Source: Clostridia bacterium | GTDB taxonomy: Bacteria; Bacillota; Clostridia; UMGS1883; UMGS1540 | Direction of reading: 5' to 3' | Assembly: GCA_045533905.1 (NCBI GenBank) | Contig: JAZSIR010000003.1 | Span: forward strand, 1-64,000 | DNA length: 64,000 bases | Shown here: piece after piece, positions 53,133-63,208 of the stretch | Position numbering within the stretch: the first letter of the stretch is position 1 | Layout: every line of letters starts with the position of its first letter | The notes under the pieces: generated by a model | Databases searched by the model: none | Told to the model about the DNA's origin: nothing | Seen by the model: only the letters and a program-made list of their open reading frames with translations | Program-made: the position numbers and the translations under genes

Positions 53133-55511
53133 TTATGCGCGCACATTGTCTAAGCTCTGCGGGGCAGTCATAAAATCAAGCTCTGCCTCCGCGCGCTTTT
53201 CTTTTGCAAGTAGCGAGAGGGCGAAAACTTCGTCCATCGTCGATACCGGCACAATGGAAAGGGCATCGCGTACTTCGCGCGGCAGTTCCTCTGTATCGCG
53301 CATATTTTCGCGCGGGATAAGCACAAGCTTTTTGCCAAGGCGGTGTGCCGCGGTGAGCTTTTCCAAAATGCCGCCCACAGGCAGTACACGGCCGCGAAGT
53401 GTAATTTCCCCTGTCATCGCAATATCGCCGCGTACAGGGCGATTTGAAAGCGCTGAGGCAATGGCCGTGGCAATCGTAATGCCGGCAGAAGGGCCGTCCT
53501 TCGGTACTGCGCCCTCAGGTACATGCAGGTGAATGTCGCGCGTTTTATAAAAGTCGGGCGAGATGCCGAGCGTTTCGGCACGCGCGCGGATAAAGCTTAT
53601 AGCGGCGCTTGCCGATTCCTTCATCACATCACCAAGGCATCCTGTAAGCTGCACCTTGCCGTCGCCGTCGAGAGCTGCCACTTCAATGCGAAGCGTCTCG
53701 CCGCCCACAGCCGTCCAGGCAAGGCCCGAGGCCGTGCCCACTTCGGGGCGGTTTCCTTCCGCATCGCGGATAAACTTGTATTTTCCGAGAAGGTCCTCCA
53801 GATTTTTCGCCTGTACGGTCACGCTTTCTTCGCCTTTGTCGATTTTCGCGGCAATGCGGCGGCAAAGATGTGCAATCTCGCGTTCAAGTGTTCTGACGCC
53901 TGCTTCTCTTGTGTAATGCTCAATGATGCCGCGCACCGCATCGCGCCGCACTTTTACGGAGTGCCCCGCGAGCCCGTGCGAGGCGAGCGTTTTGGGGAGA
54001 AGGTGGCGCATGGCAATTTCAAGCTTTTCGTTTTCTGTGTAGCCGGAAATTTCGATAATCTCCATGCGGTCGTAAAGCGGCGCGGGAATATCCGCGGCGG
54101 TGTTTGCGGTCGTGATAAACATCACGTTGTCAAGCGGGAATGCAACTTCGAGATAATGGTCGCGGAACGTGTGGTTTTGTGCAGGGTCGAGTACCTCTAA
54201 AAGTGCCGAGGCAGGGTCGCCCTTGTAATCTTTCCCCAGCTTATCAATTTCATCGAGTAGAATCAGCGGATTTTCCGTTTTCGCACGGCGCACGGCATCT
54301 GCAATGCGCCCGGGCATCGAACCGATGTACGTTTTGCGGTGGCCGCGGATTTCCGCTTCATCGTGCACACCGCCGAGGGAAACGCGCACATAGCTTCGCC
54401 CAAGTGCCTCGGCTACGGATTTTGCAATCGAGGTTTTACCTACGCCCGGCGGGCCTACAAGGCACAAAATCTGCCCGCGCATATTGCCTGCAAGCTTTTT
54501 TACGGCAAGATGCTCTAAAATACGCTCTTTCACGCGCGTAAGGCCGTAATGGTCGCGGTCTAAAATCTTGCGTGCACGGGCGAGGGAATCGTTTTCCTTC
54601 GTAAAAATGCCGTAGGGCATATCGAGAAGGGTTTCAAGATACGTATAAATGACGGCACTTTCAGGCGAGGTGGGGTTTTGGCGGCGAAGCTTTAAAAGCT
54701 CCTTTTCCGCTTTTGCGCGTACCTCATCGGGAAGCGCGCGTGTGTAAATTTTATTTTCAAAGGCAGCAATGTCCTCTTCAAAATCATCCCCGAGCTCGCG
54801 GGAGATGACCTGCAGCTGCTCTCTTAAATACGCCTCTTTTCTGTGCTGCGCCAGATTTTCCTGCACGCGGGAGGTAATATCATTCTCCGTGCGGAGCACC
54901 TCCACCTCACCTTCTAAAATCGTAATAAAGGTGTGGGCGCGCTCGAAAATGTTGCGCTCTTCTAAAATCGCCTGCTTGTCGGCCGTGCGCACAAAGAAAT
55001 TCGAGGCGAGAAAATCGAGATATTTTCCGAAATCCGTTTCCTCGGAAATGCTGCGGTACAGGTCCGCACTGGCACGCTTATTGAGCTGAAAATATTCGGC
55101 AAAAAGGCGGTCAATCACGCGGCGCATTGCCTCGGTATCGAGTGAGGTGATGCCGCGGCGAAGCGAACGGACCTGCCGTACGCTGCAGCGGAAATAGTCA
55201 CCCTCGGTGTCAAGCTCCATAAGTTCTGCACGGTAAAGACCTTCCACCAAAACGCGCACACAGTTTTGCGGCAGGCGCAGCATCTGGCGGATGCGCGCCA
55301 CGGTGCCCATATGGTACAGGCCTTCCGCCCCCGGGTTATTGTCGCCTGCATCTGTTTGTGTAGCGAGAAATGCGGTCTGCCCGTTTTGCATGGCGGCCTC
55401 AAGCGCCGCAATGGATTTTTCGCGTGCCACATCGAAATGCAGAACCATATATGGATAAATTACAATGCCGCGCACGGGGATCAGCGGCATTGACAGAGTC
55501 TGTCTCGGCAT
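53133..55511 (-). CDS. lon: ATP-dependent Lon protease
   Basis: [60 protein letters not shown]; start 55511 after GAAAGGAG. Confidence 0.96.
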   Translation of the reverse strand: MPRQTLSMPLIPVRGIVIYPYMVLHFDVAREKSIAALEAAMQNGQTAFLATQTDAGDNNPGAEGLYHMGTVARIRQMLRLPQNCVRVLVEGLYRAELMELDTEGDYFRCSVRQVRSLRRGITSLDTEAMRRVIDRLFAEYFQLNKRASADLYRSISEETDFGKYLDFLASNFFVRTADKQAILEERNIFERAHTFITILEGEVEVLRTENDITSRVQENLAQHRKEAYLREQLQVISRELGDDFEEDIAAFENKIYTRALPDEVRAKAEKELLKLRRQNPTSPESAVIYTYLETLLDMPYGIFTKENDSLARARKILDRDHYGLTRVKERILEHLAVKKLAGNMRGQILCLVGPPGVGKTSIAKSVAEALGRSYVRVSLGGVHDEAEIRGHRKTYIGSMPGRIADAVRRAKTENPLILLDEIDKLGKDYKGDPASALLEVLDPAQNHTFRDHYLEVAFPLDNVMFITTANTAADIPAPLYDRMEIIEISGYTENEKLEIAMRHLLPKTLASHGLAGHSVKVRRDAVRGIIEHYTREAGVRTLEREIAHLCRRIAAKIDKGEESVTVQAKNLEDLLGKYKFIRDAEGNRPEVGTASGLAWTAVGGETLRIEVAALDGDGKVQLTGCLGDVMKESASAAISFIRARAETLGISPDFYKTRDIHLHVPEGAVPKDGPSAGITIATAIASALSNRPVRGDIAMTGEITLRGRVLPVGGILEKLTAAHRLGKKLVLIPRENMRDTEELPREVRDALSIVPVSTMDEVFALSLLAKEKRAEAELDFMTAPQSLDNVRA

Positions 55512-55625
55512 AAAAATGCGCTCCTTTCCTGTGTTTATTACAGTATAGCGCATTTTCCGCCTCTTTTCAAGTGTTTCTTACAAACTTCGCGCGGAGAAAC
55601 GCTTGTAATTTCAGGCAGAGGCGGG

Positions 55626-55651
55626 ATTTTCGGTGAAAGGCGGGCATATAT
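55626..55651 (+). promoter_or_regulatory. sigmaE-type promoter of spoIIIAA
   Basis: ATT, 16 nt, CATATAT upstream of the AAAGGGGG RBS. Confidence 0.5.
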
Positions 55652-55678
55652 ACTAAAAAGAAAGGGGGCAAGCATTCT

Positions 55679-56545
55679 TTGAGCCTGCATTCTGTTTTGG
55701 AAGTCCTGCCGTCGGAGATGGCGCGTCTTGTGCGGGAAAGCGGCATCCCGGAAGAAGGCATCCGTGAAATCCGCTTCCGCACGGGTGCGCCGCCTGTTTT
55801 GGTGGCGGATACGGTGCACGTTTTAGGCACAGAGCGCCCCGATGCGGCGATGCTGCAGAAAATTTCCGCACGCCTTTGCCAGAACTCTCTCTATGCGCGG
55901 CAGGAGGAGCTGCGCCACGGGTTCATCACACTGCCCGGCGGCCACCGCGCAGGTCTTTCCGGCCGCACCGTTTTGGAGGATGGGCGCGTCCGTGCCCTTA
56001 CGGAAATTTCCTCTGTCAATATCCGCATCGCGCACGAGGTGCGGGGCGCGGCCGACAGCGTCTTGCCGCACATCGTATGCGGCAGAGAGGTGTATAATAC
56101 ACTGGTCATCTCACCGCCGGGCGCGGGGAAAACAACGCTTCTTCGCGATATTGCAAGGCAGCTCGGGAGCGAAAAATACGGCTTTCGCACAGGCCTTGCC
56201 GATGAGAGAGGCGAAATTGCCGCTATGCACCGCGGCACGCCCGGGTGCGACGTGGGCATTTTTACGGATGTATATGACGGATGCCCCAAAGCGGTGGCAA
56301 TGGAAATGCTTCTGCGCGGTATGAGCCCGCGCGTCGTCATCACAGATGAAATCGGCGGCGAGGCAGATGCCGCAGCCGTGCGCGACCTTGTCCGCGCGGG
56401 CGTGCGCGTTATCGCGTCTGCTCACGGCGAAAGCCGCGGGGAGGTTCTTTCCCGCCGCGGCGTGGGCGCCCTTCTTTCGGAAGGCGTGTTTCAAAGGGTT
56501 GTAGTTCTCGGCGGCATCGGAAAAATTGTATCCGTCTCTTCATAA
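55679..56545 (+). CDS. spoIIIAA: Stage III sporulation protein AA (ATPase)
   Basis: EIRFR, SLYA.QEEL..GFITLPGGHRAG, SSVNIRIA, ISPPGAGKTTLLRD, DERGEIA, CPKA, MSP...TDEIG, SAHG. Confidence 0.93.
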   Translation: MSLHSVLEVLPSEMARLVRESGIPEEGIREIRFRTGAPPVLVADTVHVLGTERPDAAMLQKISARLCQNSLYARQEELRHGFITLPGGHRAGLSGRTVLEDGRVRALTEISSVNIRIAHEVRGAADSVLPHIVCGREVYNTLVISPPGAGKTTLLRDIARQLGSEKYGFRTGLADERGEIAAMHRGTPGCDVGIFTDVYDGCPKAVAMEMLLRGMSPRVVITDEIGGEADAAAVRDLVRAGVRVIASAHGESRGEVLSRRGVGALLSEGVFQRVVVLGGIGKIVSVSS

Positions 56546-56579
56546 AAACCGCGCATTTCAGTCTTTTTATGCAGAAGGC

Positions 56580-56608
56580 TTGACGGCAAACGGAAAATCC
56601 TGTATACT
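56580..56608 (+). promoter_or_regulatory. sigmaA promoter of nadK-argR-recN
   Basis: TTGACG, 17 nt, TATACT. Confidence 0.7.
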
Positions 56609-56643
56609 AAATGTATACTTTATGCATAAAAAGGGAAACCGAT

Positions 56644-57486
56644 ATGAAAATTGGTATTATTGTCAACACAACCAAAGACGAAGGATTTGCCTTTACAAGC
56701 CGTCTTTTGCCGCTTCTGGCGAAAACGGAGGAGATTTCCCTCGCGCCCGAAGTGCACGCTGCTTTTCCTATGTATGCAAAGGCCACGGGAGAAACACTCT
56801 ATAAAGAGCAGGATATGCTTTTGGCACTCGGCGGGGATGGCACGCTTCTTCGCGCGGCACGCCACGCCGCACCGTATCAAACGCCCGTTCTGGGCATCAA
56901 CCTCGGTAGTGTGGGCTTTTTAAGCGGTGCCGAGCCGGAGGCCTTTTTGCAAGAGGGCGCCGCGGCACTCCTGCGTGAGGTTACGATTGAAAACCGGATG
57001 ATGCTGGAGGTGTTCGTCACCCGCGGCGGCGAGAAAATGGAAAGCTTCTATGCTTTAAACGATGCCGTTATCCGTGGCAAAGCCACGGAACCGCTTCTTC
57101 GTATGCAGGTGTCGGCCGACGAAAGCCTTCTGGCCTCGTATGTGGCGGACGGTATCATCTTCGCAACACCCACGGGCTCCACGGCCTATTCTTTCGCCGC
57201 AGGCGGTGCACTTGTGCATCCGGCGATGGAGGCCCTTCTTGTTACGCCCATCTCGCCCTATATGCTGCATGCGCGGCCGGTGGTGCTCCCCGGTGAAAGC
57301 GTTTTAGAGGCAGCTTTCTCAAGCAAAATGAGCGGCGCGGCCTATCTTAATGTGGACGGCGAGGATAAAATGCCGCTTATACCCGGCGATGTGGTAACGG
57401 TCAGAAAAGCGCCGTGCCGTGCACAGATCGCAACGCTCTTCGGAAAATCTTTTTTAGAGATATTAAAACAGAAATTGAAGGGATAA
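56644..57486 (+). CDS. nadK: NAD kinase
   Basis: LGGDGTLL, GINLG.VGFL, ALND, DGII.ATPTGSTAYS.AAGG. Confidence 0.95.
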   Translation: MKIGIIVNTTKDEGFAFTSRLLPLLAKTEEISLAPEVHAAFPMYAKATGETLYKEQDMLLALGGDGTLLRAARHAAPYQTPVLGINLGSVGFLSGAEPEAFLQEGAAALLREVTIENRMMLEVFVTRGGEKMESFYALNDAVIRGKATEPLLRMQVSADESLLASYVADGIIFATPTGSTAYSFAAGGALVHPAMEALLVTPISPYMLHARPVVLPGESVLEAAFSSKMSGAAYLNVDGEDKMPLIPGDVVTVRKAPCRAQIATLFGKSFLEILKQKLKG

Positions 57487-57490
57487 GAAA

Positions 57491-57940
57491 ATGAAACGCA
57501 AACGGCAGAATGCGATATTACAGATTATAGAAGAAATGTGCATCCGCACGCAGGAGGAGCTTTCGGAAGCACTTCTGGCGCGTGGTTTTGAGGTGACACA
57601 GGCCACCGTTTCACGCGATATCAAGGAGCTTTGCCTTCTCAAAAAGCAGACGGCGGGCGGCAGCCGCTATACGGCGCCTTCCGGCGAAGGCTTCCGCGAG
57701 AGTGCCTCACGCACACATTCCATTTTCCATAGCGCTGTAAAAACGGTAGACTCGGCCATGCACACGATTGTGATTCACACCCTTCCCGGTATGGCCAATG
57801 CCGCGGCAATCACGCTCGAATCGATGGAATGGCCGGAAATTTTAGGAACCATTGCGGGCGATGACACGGTGCTCGTAATCCTTCGGGACACGGAAACGGC
57901 AAGGCTGATTGCCGCGCGGCTTTCCGAAATGCTCGGATAA
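57491..57940 (+). CDS. argR: Arginine repressor
   Basis: TQEEL, VTQATVSRDIKEL, TLPG.A, GTIAGDDT. Confidence 0.95.
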   Translation: MKRKRQNAILQIIEEMCIRTQEELSEALLARGFEVTQATVSRDIKELCLLKKQTAGGSRYTAPSGEGFRESASRTHSIFHSAVKTVDSAMHTIVIHTLPGMANAAAITLESMEWPEILGTIAGDDTVLVILRDTETARLIAARLSEMLG

Positions 57941-57953
57941 AGGAGGCGTTTTT

Positions 57954-59576
57954 ATGCTTTGCAGATTGGCCATTTCGAATATTGCGGTAATCGACAAAGC
58001 GGAAATCACGCTTTCCGATGGTCTTACGGTGCTCACGGGTGAAACGGGCGCAGGTAAATCGCTTATTATGGATGCGATTACAATGGTGCTCGGGCAGAGA
58101 ACGGGGCGTGATATTATCCGTGCCGGCGAAAAATGTGCCATTTGTGAGGCCGCATTCTTTGCGCCGCATCCGCTTTCGGATGAGGACGGTATGCTCATTA
58201 TGCGCCGCGAGCTTTATGCCGACGGGCGAAATCTTTGCTCTATAAACGGCAGTATGACTACGGTGGCAGGGCTCCGTGAAGCAGGCGAGAGCCTTCTGGC
58301 CATTCACGGCCAGCACGATACCGAAGCACTTATGCACCGCACAAATCACCTTGGCTTTTTAGATGCCTACGCCAAAACAGAAAAAGAGCTTTTGGCATAC
58401 AAGGCTTTGTATACAGAAAGAAAAACGCTTCTGGCGGAAATCGAGGCGCTTTCCGAAGCGGGCGGTGAGAAGGAAAAGCGGATGGAGATGCTCGCCTTCT
58501 GGATTTCGGAAATTGAAGCGGCAGCGCCTGAAATTGGCGAGGATGAAGCCCTTTTCGAAAAGAGGGAGTACCTTCGCCACAGCGAGAAAATCCGCACCTC
58601 GGCGGCCCGCGCCTATGCGGCACTTTCGGGAGAGGAAGGAAGCGCAAGGGATCTTCTTTCCGAAGCGGTGCGCGCGCTTGACGCCGTTTCCGATTTTGAC
58701 CCGCGCCTTCTTGCAGCGGCAGAATCCGTGCGGAACGCTTTGTACGAGGCGGAGGAGACGGGTAATGTGCTGCGGGATATTTTTGAAGAAGAAGCCGATG
58801 GCGCGGCGCTTGACGAAATCGAGGCGCGGCTTGACATTTTACAGAAATTAAAAGGAAAATACGGCGGCACCCTCGAGCGCGTTTTAGAAGAAAAAGAAAA
58901 TATGCAAAAGGAATATGCTGCGACAGAGTCGGCCGATGCACGCCTTTTTGAAGCGAGACGGGCGCTTTCTGCCGTGGAAGAAAAACTCGAGGAGGCCGCG
59001 GGGGTCCTTTCTGAAAAGAGAAAGAAAGGCGCGCTTATTTTTGCAAAGTCCGTAATGGACGAGCTTTCGGCACTGGATATGGAAAAGGTGCGCTTTTCCG
59101 TGGAGGTTACGGAGAAGGAGTACGGCGAGACGGGGGCAGACAATGTGGAATTTTTCATTTCCACAAACCCTGCAGAGGCTCTAAAACCGCTTTCGAGAAT
59201 TGCCTCGGGCGGTGAGCTTTCGCGCATCTGCCTTGCAATGCGCTCGACGATGGCGGATACGGAAGAAGGAAAGAATCAGACGCTGATTTTTGACGAAATT
59301 GATACGGGTATCAGCGGCCGTGCGGCCGCACGCGTCGGCGAAAAGCTCTGCGCGCTCGGCAAGAGCCGGCAGGTCATATGTGTTACACATCTGCCGCAGA
59401 TTGCATCGCGTGCCGCGTCGCAGTTCAAAATTGATAAAAAAGATACGGGATCGGGCTTTTCAACGATCGTGACGCCGCTTGACAAAGCGGGGCGCATTTT
59501 GGAAATTGCGCGGATGATAAGTGGCGATGCCGTTACGGAAAAAACGATGCAGACAGCGGAGGAAATGCTCGGATAA
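57954..59576 (+). CDS. recN: DNA repair protein RecN
   Basis: LTGETGAGKS, IHGQH, coiled coil, IASGGELSR, FDEIDTGISG, VTHLPQIA; ATG after AAGGAGG. Confidence 0.96.
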   Translation: MLCRLAISNIAVIDKAEITLSDGLTVLTGETGAGKSLIMDAITMVLGQRTGRDIIRAGEKCAICEAAFFAPHPLSDEDGMLIMRRELYADGRNLCSINGSMTTVAGLREAGESLLAIHGQHDTEALMHRTNHLGFLDAYAKTEKELLAYKALYTERKTLLAEIEALSEAGGEKEKRMEMLAFWISEIEAAAPEIGEDEALFEKREYLRHSEKIRTSAARAYAALSGEEGSARDLLSEAVRALDAVSDFDPRLLAAAESVRNALYEAEETGNVLRDIFEEEADGAALDEIEARLDILQKLKGKYGGTLERVLEEKENMQKEYAATESADARLFEARRALSAVEEKLEEAAGVLSEKRKKGALIFAKSVMDELSALDMEKVRFSVEVTEKEYGETGADNVEFFISTNPAEALKPLSRIASGGELSRICLAMRSTMADTEEGKNQTLIFDEIDTGISGRAAARVGEKLCALGKSRQVICVTHLPQIASRAASQFKIDKKDTGSGFSTIVTPLDKAGRILEIARMISGDAVTEKTMQTAEEMLG

Positions 59577-61456
59577 TGGCCATTTTACAGGTACAGAAGC
59601 TCGGGGTCGGCTTTGGGGAGCGTATGCTTTTTCACGGGGGCGACCTTGCAGTGGAAAAACAGGATAAAATCGGAATTATTGGTGGAAACGGCGTCGGTAA
59701 AACGACGCTTTTTCGCGTACTGACGGGAGATTTGCGCGCCACGGAGGGTGGCATCGCGGCTGCAAGCGATATTAAAATCGGGTATTTGGAGCAGCATGCC
59801 CTCGCAGACAGCGACCAGACGCTCTACGATGCCGTTTTGTCGGTCTTTCTACCGCTGATGGAGATGGAAGAGGCTCTTTCGCGGATTGCTGCGGAAATTG
59901 ACAAAGGCACGGGCGATATGGAGCTCCTTTTAAAGCGGCAGCATATGCTTACGGAAGAATTGCAGGATAAGGGCGGGCTTACGTATAAAAGCCGCCTTCG
60001 CGCCGTGCTTTTGGGCGTCGGCTTTACGGAAGAAATGCTCGCGCGGCCCGTTCGCGTCCTTTCAGGCGGCGAGCGCACGATGGCAAGCCTTGTGCGGCTC
60101 CTCCTTTCAGAACCCGATATTATTCTCCTCGACGAGCCTACAAACCATCTCGATATGGAAGCGTGCGCGTGGCTTGAGGAATACCTTCGCGCCTATAAGG
60201 GCGCGGCGCTCATCATCTCGCACGACCGCTATTTTTTAGACCGCGTCACAAATAAAACGCTTCTCATCGCGGGCGGGCGCTTTACTTCGTATGAAGGCGC
60301 ATACACCGAATTTATGAAAAAAAGAAAGGCCGAATACGCCTTTGAAAAACGGCAGTACGAAAAACAGCAGGAAGAAATTCGCCGCATTGAGGGGATTATC
60401 GAAACCCAGAAGCGCTTTAACCGCGAGCGGAATATCCGTATGGCCGAGAGCCGGCAAAAGCAGATTGACCGCATAAAGAGCGATATGGAAAGACCGCCTG
60501 AGGACGAGGCCGGCATCCGTCTTTCCTTCAAAGCGGCGGCCGACAGTGCCCATGATGTCCTTCGCGCGGAAGGTGTTTCCATGGCCTTTGACGGCGAAAG
60601 CCTTTTTAAGAATATAAACCTTGAAATTTATAAAAATGAACGCGTGTTTCTGCTCGGGCGAAACGGCTCGGGGAAAACGACGCTCTTCTCCATCCTGCGC
60701 GGTGCGCGCGAAGGGGACGGGGGAACTGTCCGCCTCGGCTCGCGCGTGGTATTAGGGTACTATGACCAGACACAAAGCGATTTGCCGCCCCAAAAAACGG
60801 CGCTCGAAGTCGTTCGTGACGCGTTTCCGAAGAAAACGGAAACGGAATTACGCTCATCACTTGCTGCCCTCGGCATTCGCGGCGAAGCGGTGCACGCCGA
60901 GATCGGCACACTTTCGGGCGGCGAGCGCGCAAAGGTGGCGCTTGTGCGGCTCCTTCTCGGTGCGCCGAACTTCCTGCTACTCGACGAGCCTACAAACCAC
61001 CTTGATATTGACGCGAAAGAGGCACTTGAAGATGCGCTTCTTTCCTATGGCGGCACGCTCCTTGCCATTTCCCATGACCGTTATTTTATCAATAAGCTCG
61101 CAACGCGCATTCTCTCGCTTTCGGGCGAAACCGTAAAAAGCTTTGACGGGGATTATGAATATTATCTTCGAAAACGCGAGGAGGCGCCCCAAAAGGTAGA
61201 GACCGCCGCTCCCAAAAAAGAAAACACCTATAAAGAGGAAAAGGCGCAAAAGGCTGAGGAACGCAAAAAGAAAAACCGCATACAGAAGCTTGAAATCGAG
61301 ATTGCGGAAACAGAAGAAGCAATCGAAAAGAAAAATGCGGAGCTCGCAGACGCGGGTGCGGACTATGCGCGCGCCATGGCGCTTTCCGAGGAAATTGCAG
61401 AGCTTGAAGAAAAGCTTCTCGCCCTCTATGCCGAGTGGGAGAAAATAGCAGAATAG
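59576..61456 (+). CDS. ABC-F family ATPase (two NBDs, C-terminal coiled coil; Uup/YdiF-like)
   Basis: GGNGVGKTT and GRNGSGKTT, two LSGGE, two LLDEPTNHLD, two ISHDRYF; no TM segments. Confidence 0.92.
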   Translation: MAILQVQKLGVGFGERMLFHGGDLAVEKQDKIGIIGGNGVGKTTLFRVLTGDLRATEGGIAAASDIKIGYLEQHALADSDQTLYDAVLSVFLPLMEMEEALSRIAAEIDKGTGDMELLLKRQHMLTEELQDKGGLTYKSRLRAVLLGVGFTEEMLARPVRVLSGGERTMASLVRLLLSEPDIILLDEPTNHLDMEACAWLEEYLRAYKGAALIISHDRYFLDRVTNKTLLIAGGRFTSYEGAYTEFMKKRKAEYAFEKRQYEKQQEEIRRIEGIIETQKRFNRERNIRMAESRQKQIDRIKSDMERPPEDEAGIRLSFKAAADSAHDVLRAEGVSMAFDGESLFKNINLEIYKNERVFLLGRNGSGKTTLFSILRGAREGDGGTVRLGSRVVLGYYDQTQSDLPPQKTALEVVRDAFPKKTETELRSSLAALGIRGEAVHAEIGTLSGGERAKVALVRLLLGAPNFLLLDEPTNHLDIDAKEALEDALLSYGGTLLAISHDRYFINKLATRILSLSGETVKSFDGDYEYYLRKREEAPQKVETAAPKKENTYKEEKAQKAEERKKKNRIQKLEIEIAETEEAIEKKNAELADAGADYARAMALSEEIAELEEKLLALYAEWEKIAE

Positions 61457-61459
61457 AAG

Positions 61460-61491
61460 AAGGGACTCTCAATTTTTGAGAGTCCCTTTTT
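61460..61491. terminator. Bidirectional terminator (member of a repeated palindrome family)
   Basis: AAGGGACTCTCAA-TTT-TTGAGAGTCCCTT plus T tract. Confidence 0.85.
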
Positions 61492-61492
61492 A

Positions 61493-63208
61493 CTAGTCTA
61501 AAAGCCTCGCTTCAGGAAAAGCTTCCATGTTTTCTTGGATATATGCGAGAGTGTTCGGGAACTTTTCTGTAATGGCAATCGCAGCATACCGAACGTGCGG
61601 CGCATCCGCGGCGGCACGCGGTACAAATTCGATTTCCACGTGGTATAGGGTTTCCCACGAATTATAGATAGAGGGGTGCAAATCTTCGTAGGAAAGGGTG
61701 AGGACATCCTTTCGAAGTGCCGCGAGAAGTGCATCGTAGTCTTCTACGTCTTCGCCACCATTTACATGTACGCGGATAATGTCACGGTCTTCCACAAACG
61801 CCTCTTCGCAAAGCATCTTGTAGGCATCGTTTTCATAGAGTTTATTCATAATCTCCATCATAGCGCTGTCGGGCACTTCGTAGGTACGCGCGAGCGTTTT
61901 GCCGTTTTGCAGCGTATAGCGAATGTGGATGCGCGTATAATACGGCTCCTCTCGCACTTCATAGCGCGTTTTCGGCACATTCTCTAAAAGCGAGCGGTGC
62001 GAGGCGAGGATTTCTTTGATTACGGCAGGGTCAGCGGTGCGCGGCTCCGCGTCGCGGTAATAATAGTGGTAGATGGAAGCGGAAGCGATATCCGCTTTGT
62101 CGGGCACGCGTGTTTCGTAGCCGAAAAAGGGCGTGAAGGCGAAAAGGCAGGTAAGTATGGCGAAAGAAGCCAAAAAGCCGAGGAACCCTTTGTAGGCATA
62201 GAGCACGTTCCGCGTCTTTTTCAAAACCATTTCACACGCCGCATAGGAGAAGAGCGCAGCCAGCACCAAAATAAGAATGAATACGGGGGTATTTTCGAGC
62301 ATATACGAGGAAAATACCGCAAACGCCGCCGAGGTTACGAGAAACGTGATAAGATACTTAAAGACGGGACGAAGAAAACCGAACGCCGCCACATCGCCCA
62401 CTGCCTCCATGCGCCGCTTTCTGTAGAGAAGATACGCGAGCACGTAGAAAACCACGGCAATATCGATAAACTTCACAAAATCCCACGCCGTTATATTTTC
62501 GCGGAAATAATGGTCCATAAAGCCATAGCAGAAGACCACAAAATTGTTTTCGGCTAAAGTTTCAAAGAGGGCATCCGCACCCGAAAAGCCAAAGAGGAAC
62601 ACTTCTCCGAGCATGCTACCTGCCGCAACGAGTAGGAAAAGAACAGAATGTAAAAGCGCATTCACGGCAACAGCCGCAAAGCCGTTCCCCGTAAGGAGCG
62701 CGGCGAGCGTTGCCACGGAAAAGAGAAGGAACAGTGCCACGAGGTTATATCCTATCCAAAGAAGGCAATCTGCTACTGTGAAAAACGCACTATAACCGCC
62801 GAGAGATAAAAGACAGAGAAGTATGCCGTTTATCAGTACGGGCACGAACATAAGCGTGAAAGCGGCAAGGAGCGTGCTCCCGAAAATAGCACCGCGCGTC
62901 GCCGGCAGGCTATGCACGAAGAGCGCCGCTTTTTTGGCGTGCACGAAATGAAAAACGAGGAGTGCCACCACCGTCGGCACGGCGATGGATAAAAGAATCG
63001 GAACGGTAATGTATGCGCCGTGCAAAATAACGGGGAAGTCCTTAAAATAGTCCGCCGGCATGTGCGAAAAATCCTGTTCGCAGTTCAAAAAGACGGAGAG
63101 CACGGTGGAGATAAATAAAAGCACAAAGTAGAGAAGTGCACCGGGCGAAAAGCGTTTTACGGTTTCTTTATAAATGCCTTTATTAAAAAATGATGTTTTT
63201 GAAATCAT
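61493..63208 (-). CDS. ABC transporter permease-like membrane protein with soluble C-terminal domain
   Basis: Many TMs, HSLP.TR motif, YRKRRMEAVGD.AAF, FGYETRVP; overlaps the 3' end of an ABC ATPase gene. Confidence 0.75.
   Translation of the reverse strand: MISKTSFFNKGIYKETVKRFSPGALLYFVLLFISTVLSVFLNCEQDFSHMPADYFKDFPVILHGAYITVPILLSIAVPTVVALLVFHFVHAKKAALFVHSLPATRGAIFGSTLLAAFTLMFVPVLINGILLCLLSLGGYSAFFTVADCLLWIGYNLVALFLLFSVATLAALLTGNGFAAVAVNALLHSVLFLLVAAGSMLGEVFLFGFSGADALFETLAENNFVVFCYGFMDHYFRENITAWDFVKFIDIAVVFYVLAYLLYRKRRMEAVGDVAAFGFLRPVFKYLITFLVTSAAFAVFSSYMLENTPVFILILVLAALFSYAACEMVLKKTRNVLYAYKGFLGFLASFAILTCLFAFTPFFGYETRVPDKADIASASIYHYYYRDAEPRTADPAVIKEILASHRSLLENVPKTRYEVREEPYYTRIHIRYTLQNGKTLARTYEVPDSAMMEIMNKLYENDAYKMLCEEAFVEDRDIIRVHVNGGEDVEDYDALLAALRKDVLTLSYEDLHPSIYNSWETLYHVEIEFVPRAAADAPHVRYAAIAITEKFPNTLAYIQENMEAFPEARLLD

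Noticed and set aside
56601-56627. ARG boxes upstream of nadK-argR (TGTATACTTTATGCA)
   Set aside because: Half-site spacing is one base longer than the canonical 14-bp core and the region is AT-rich; not supportable by eye.
59576-61456. ABC-F as an antibiotic-resistance (ARE) gene
   Set aside because: Housekeeping context, coupled to recN, no leader attenuator; looks like a Uup/YdiF-type factor.
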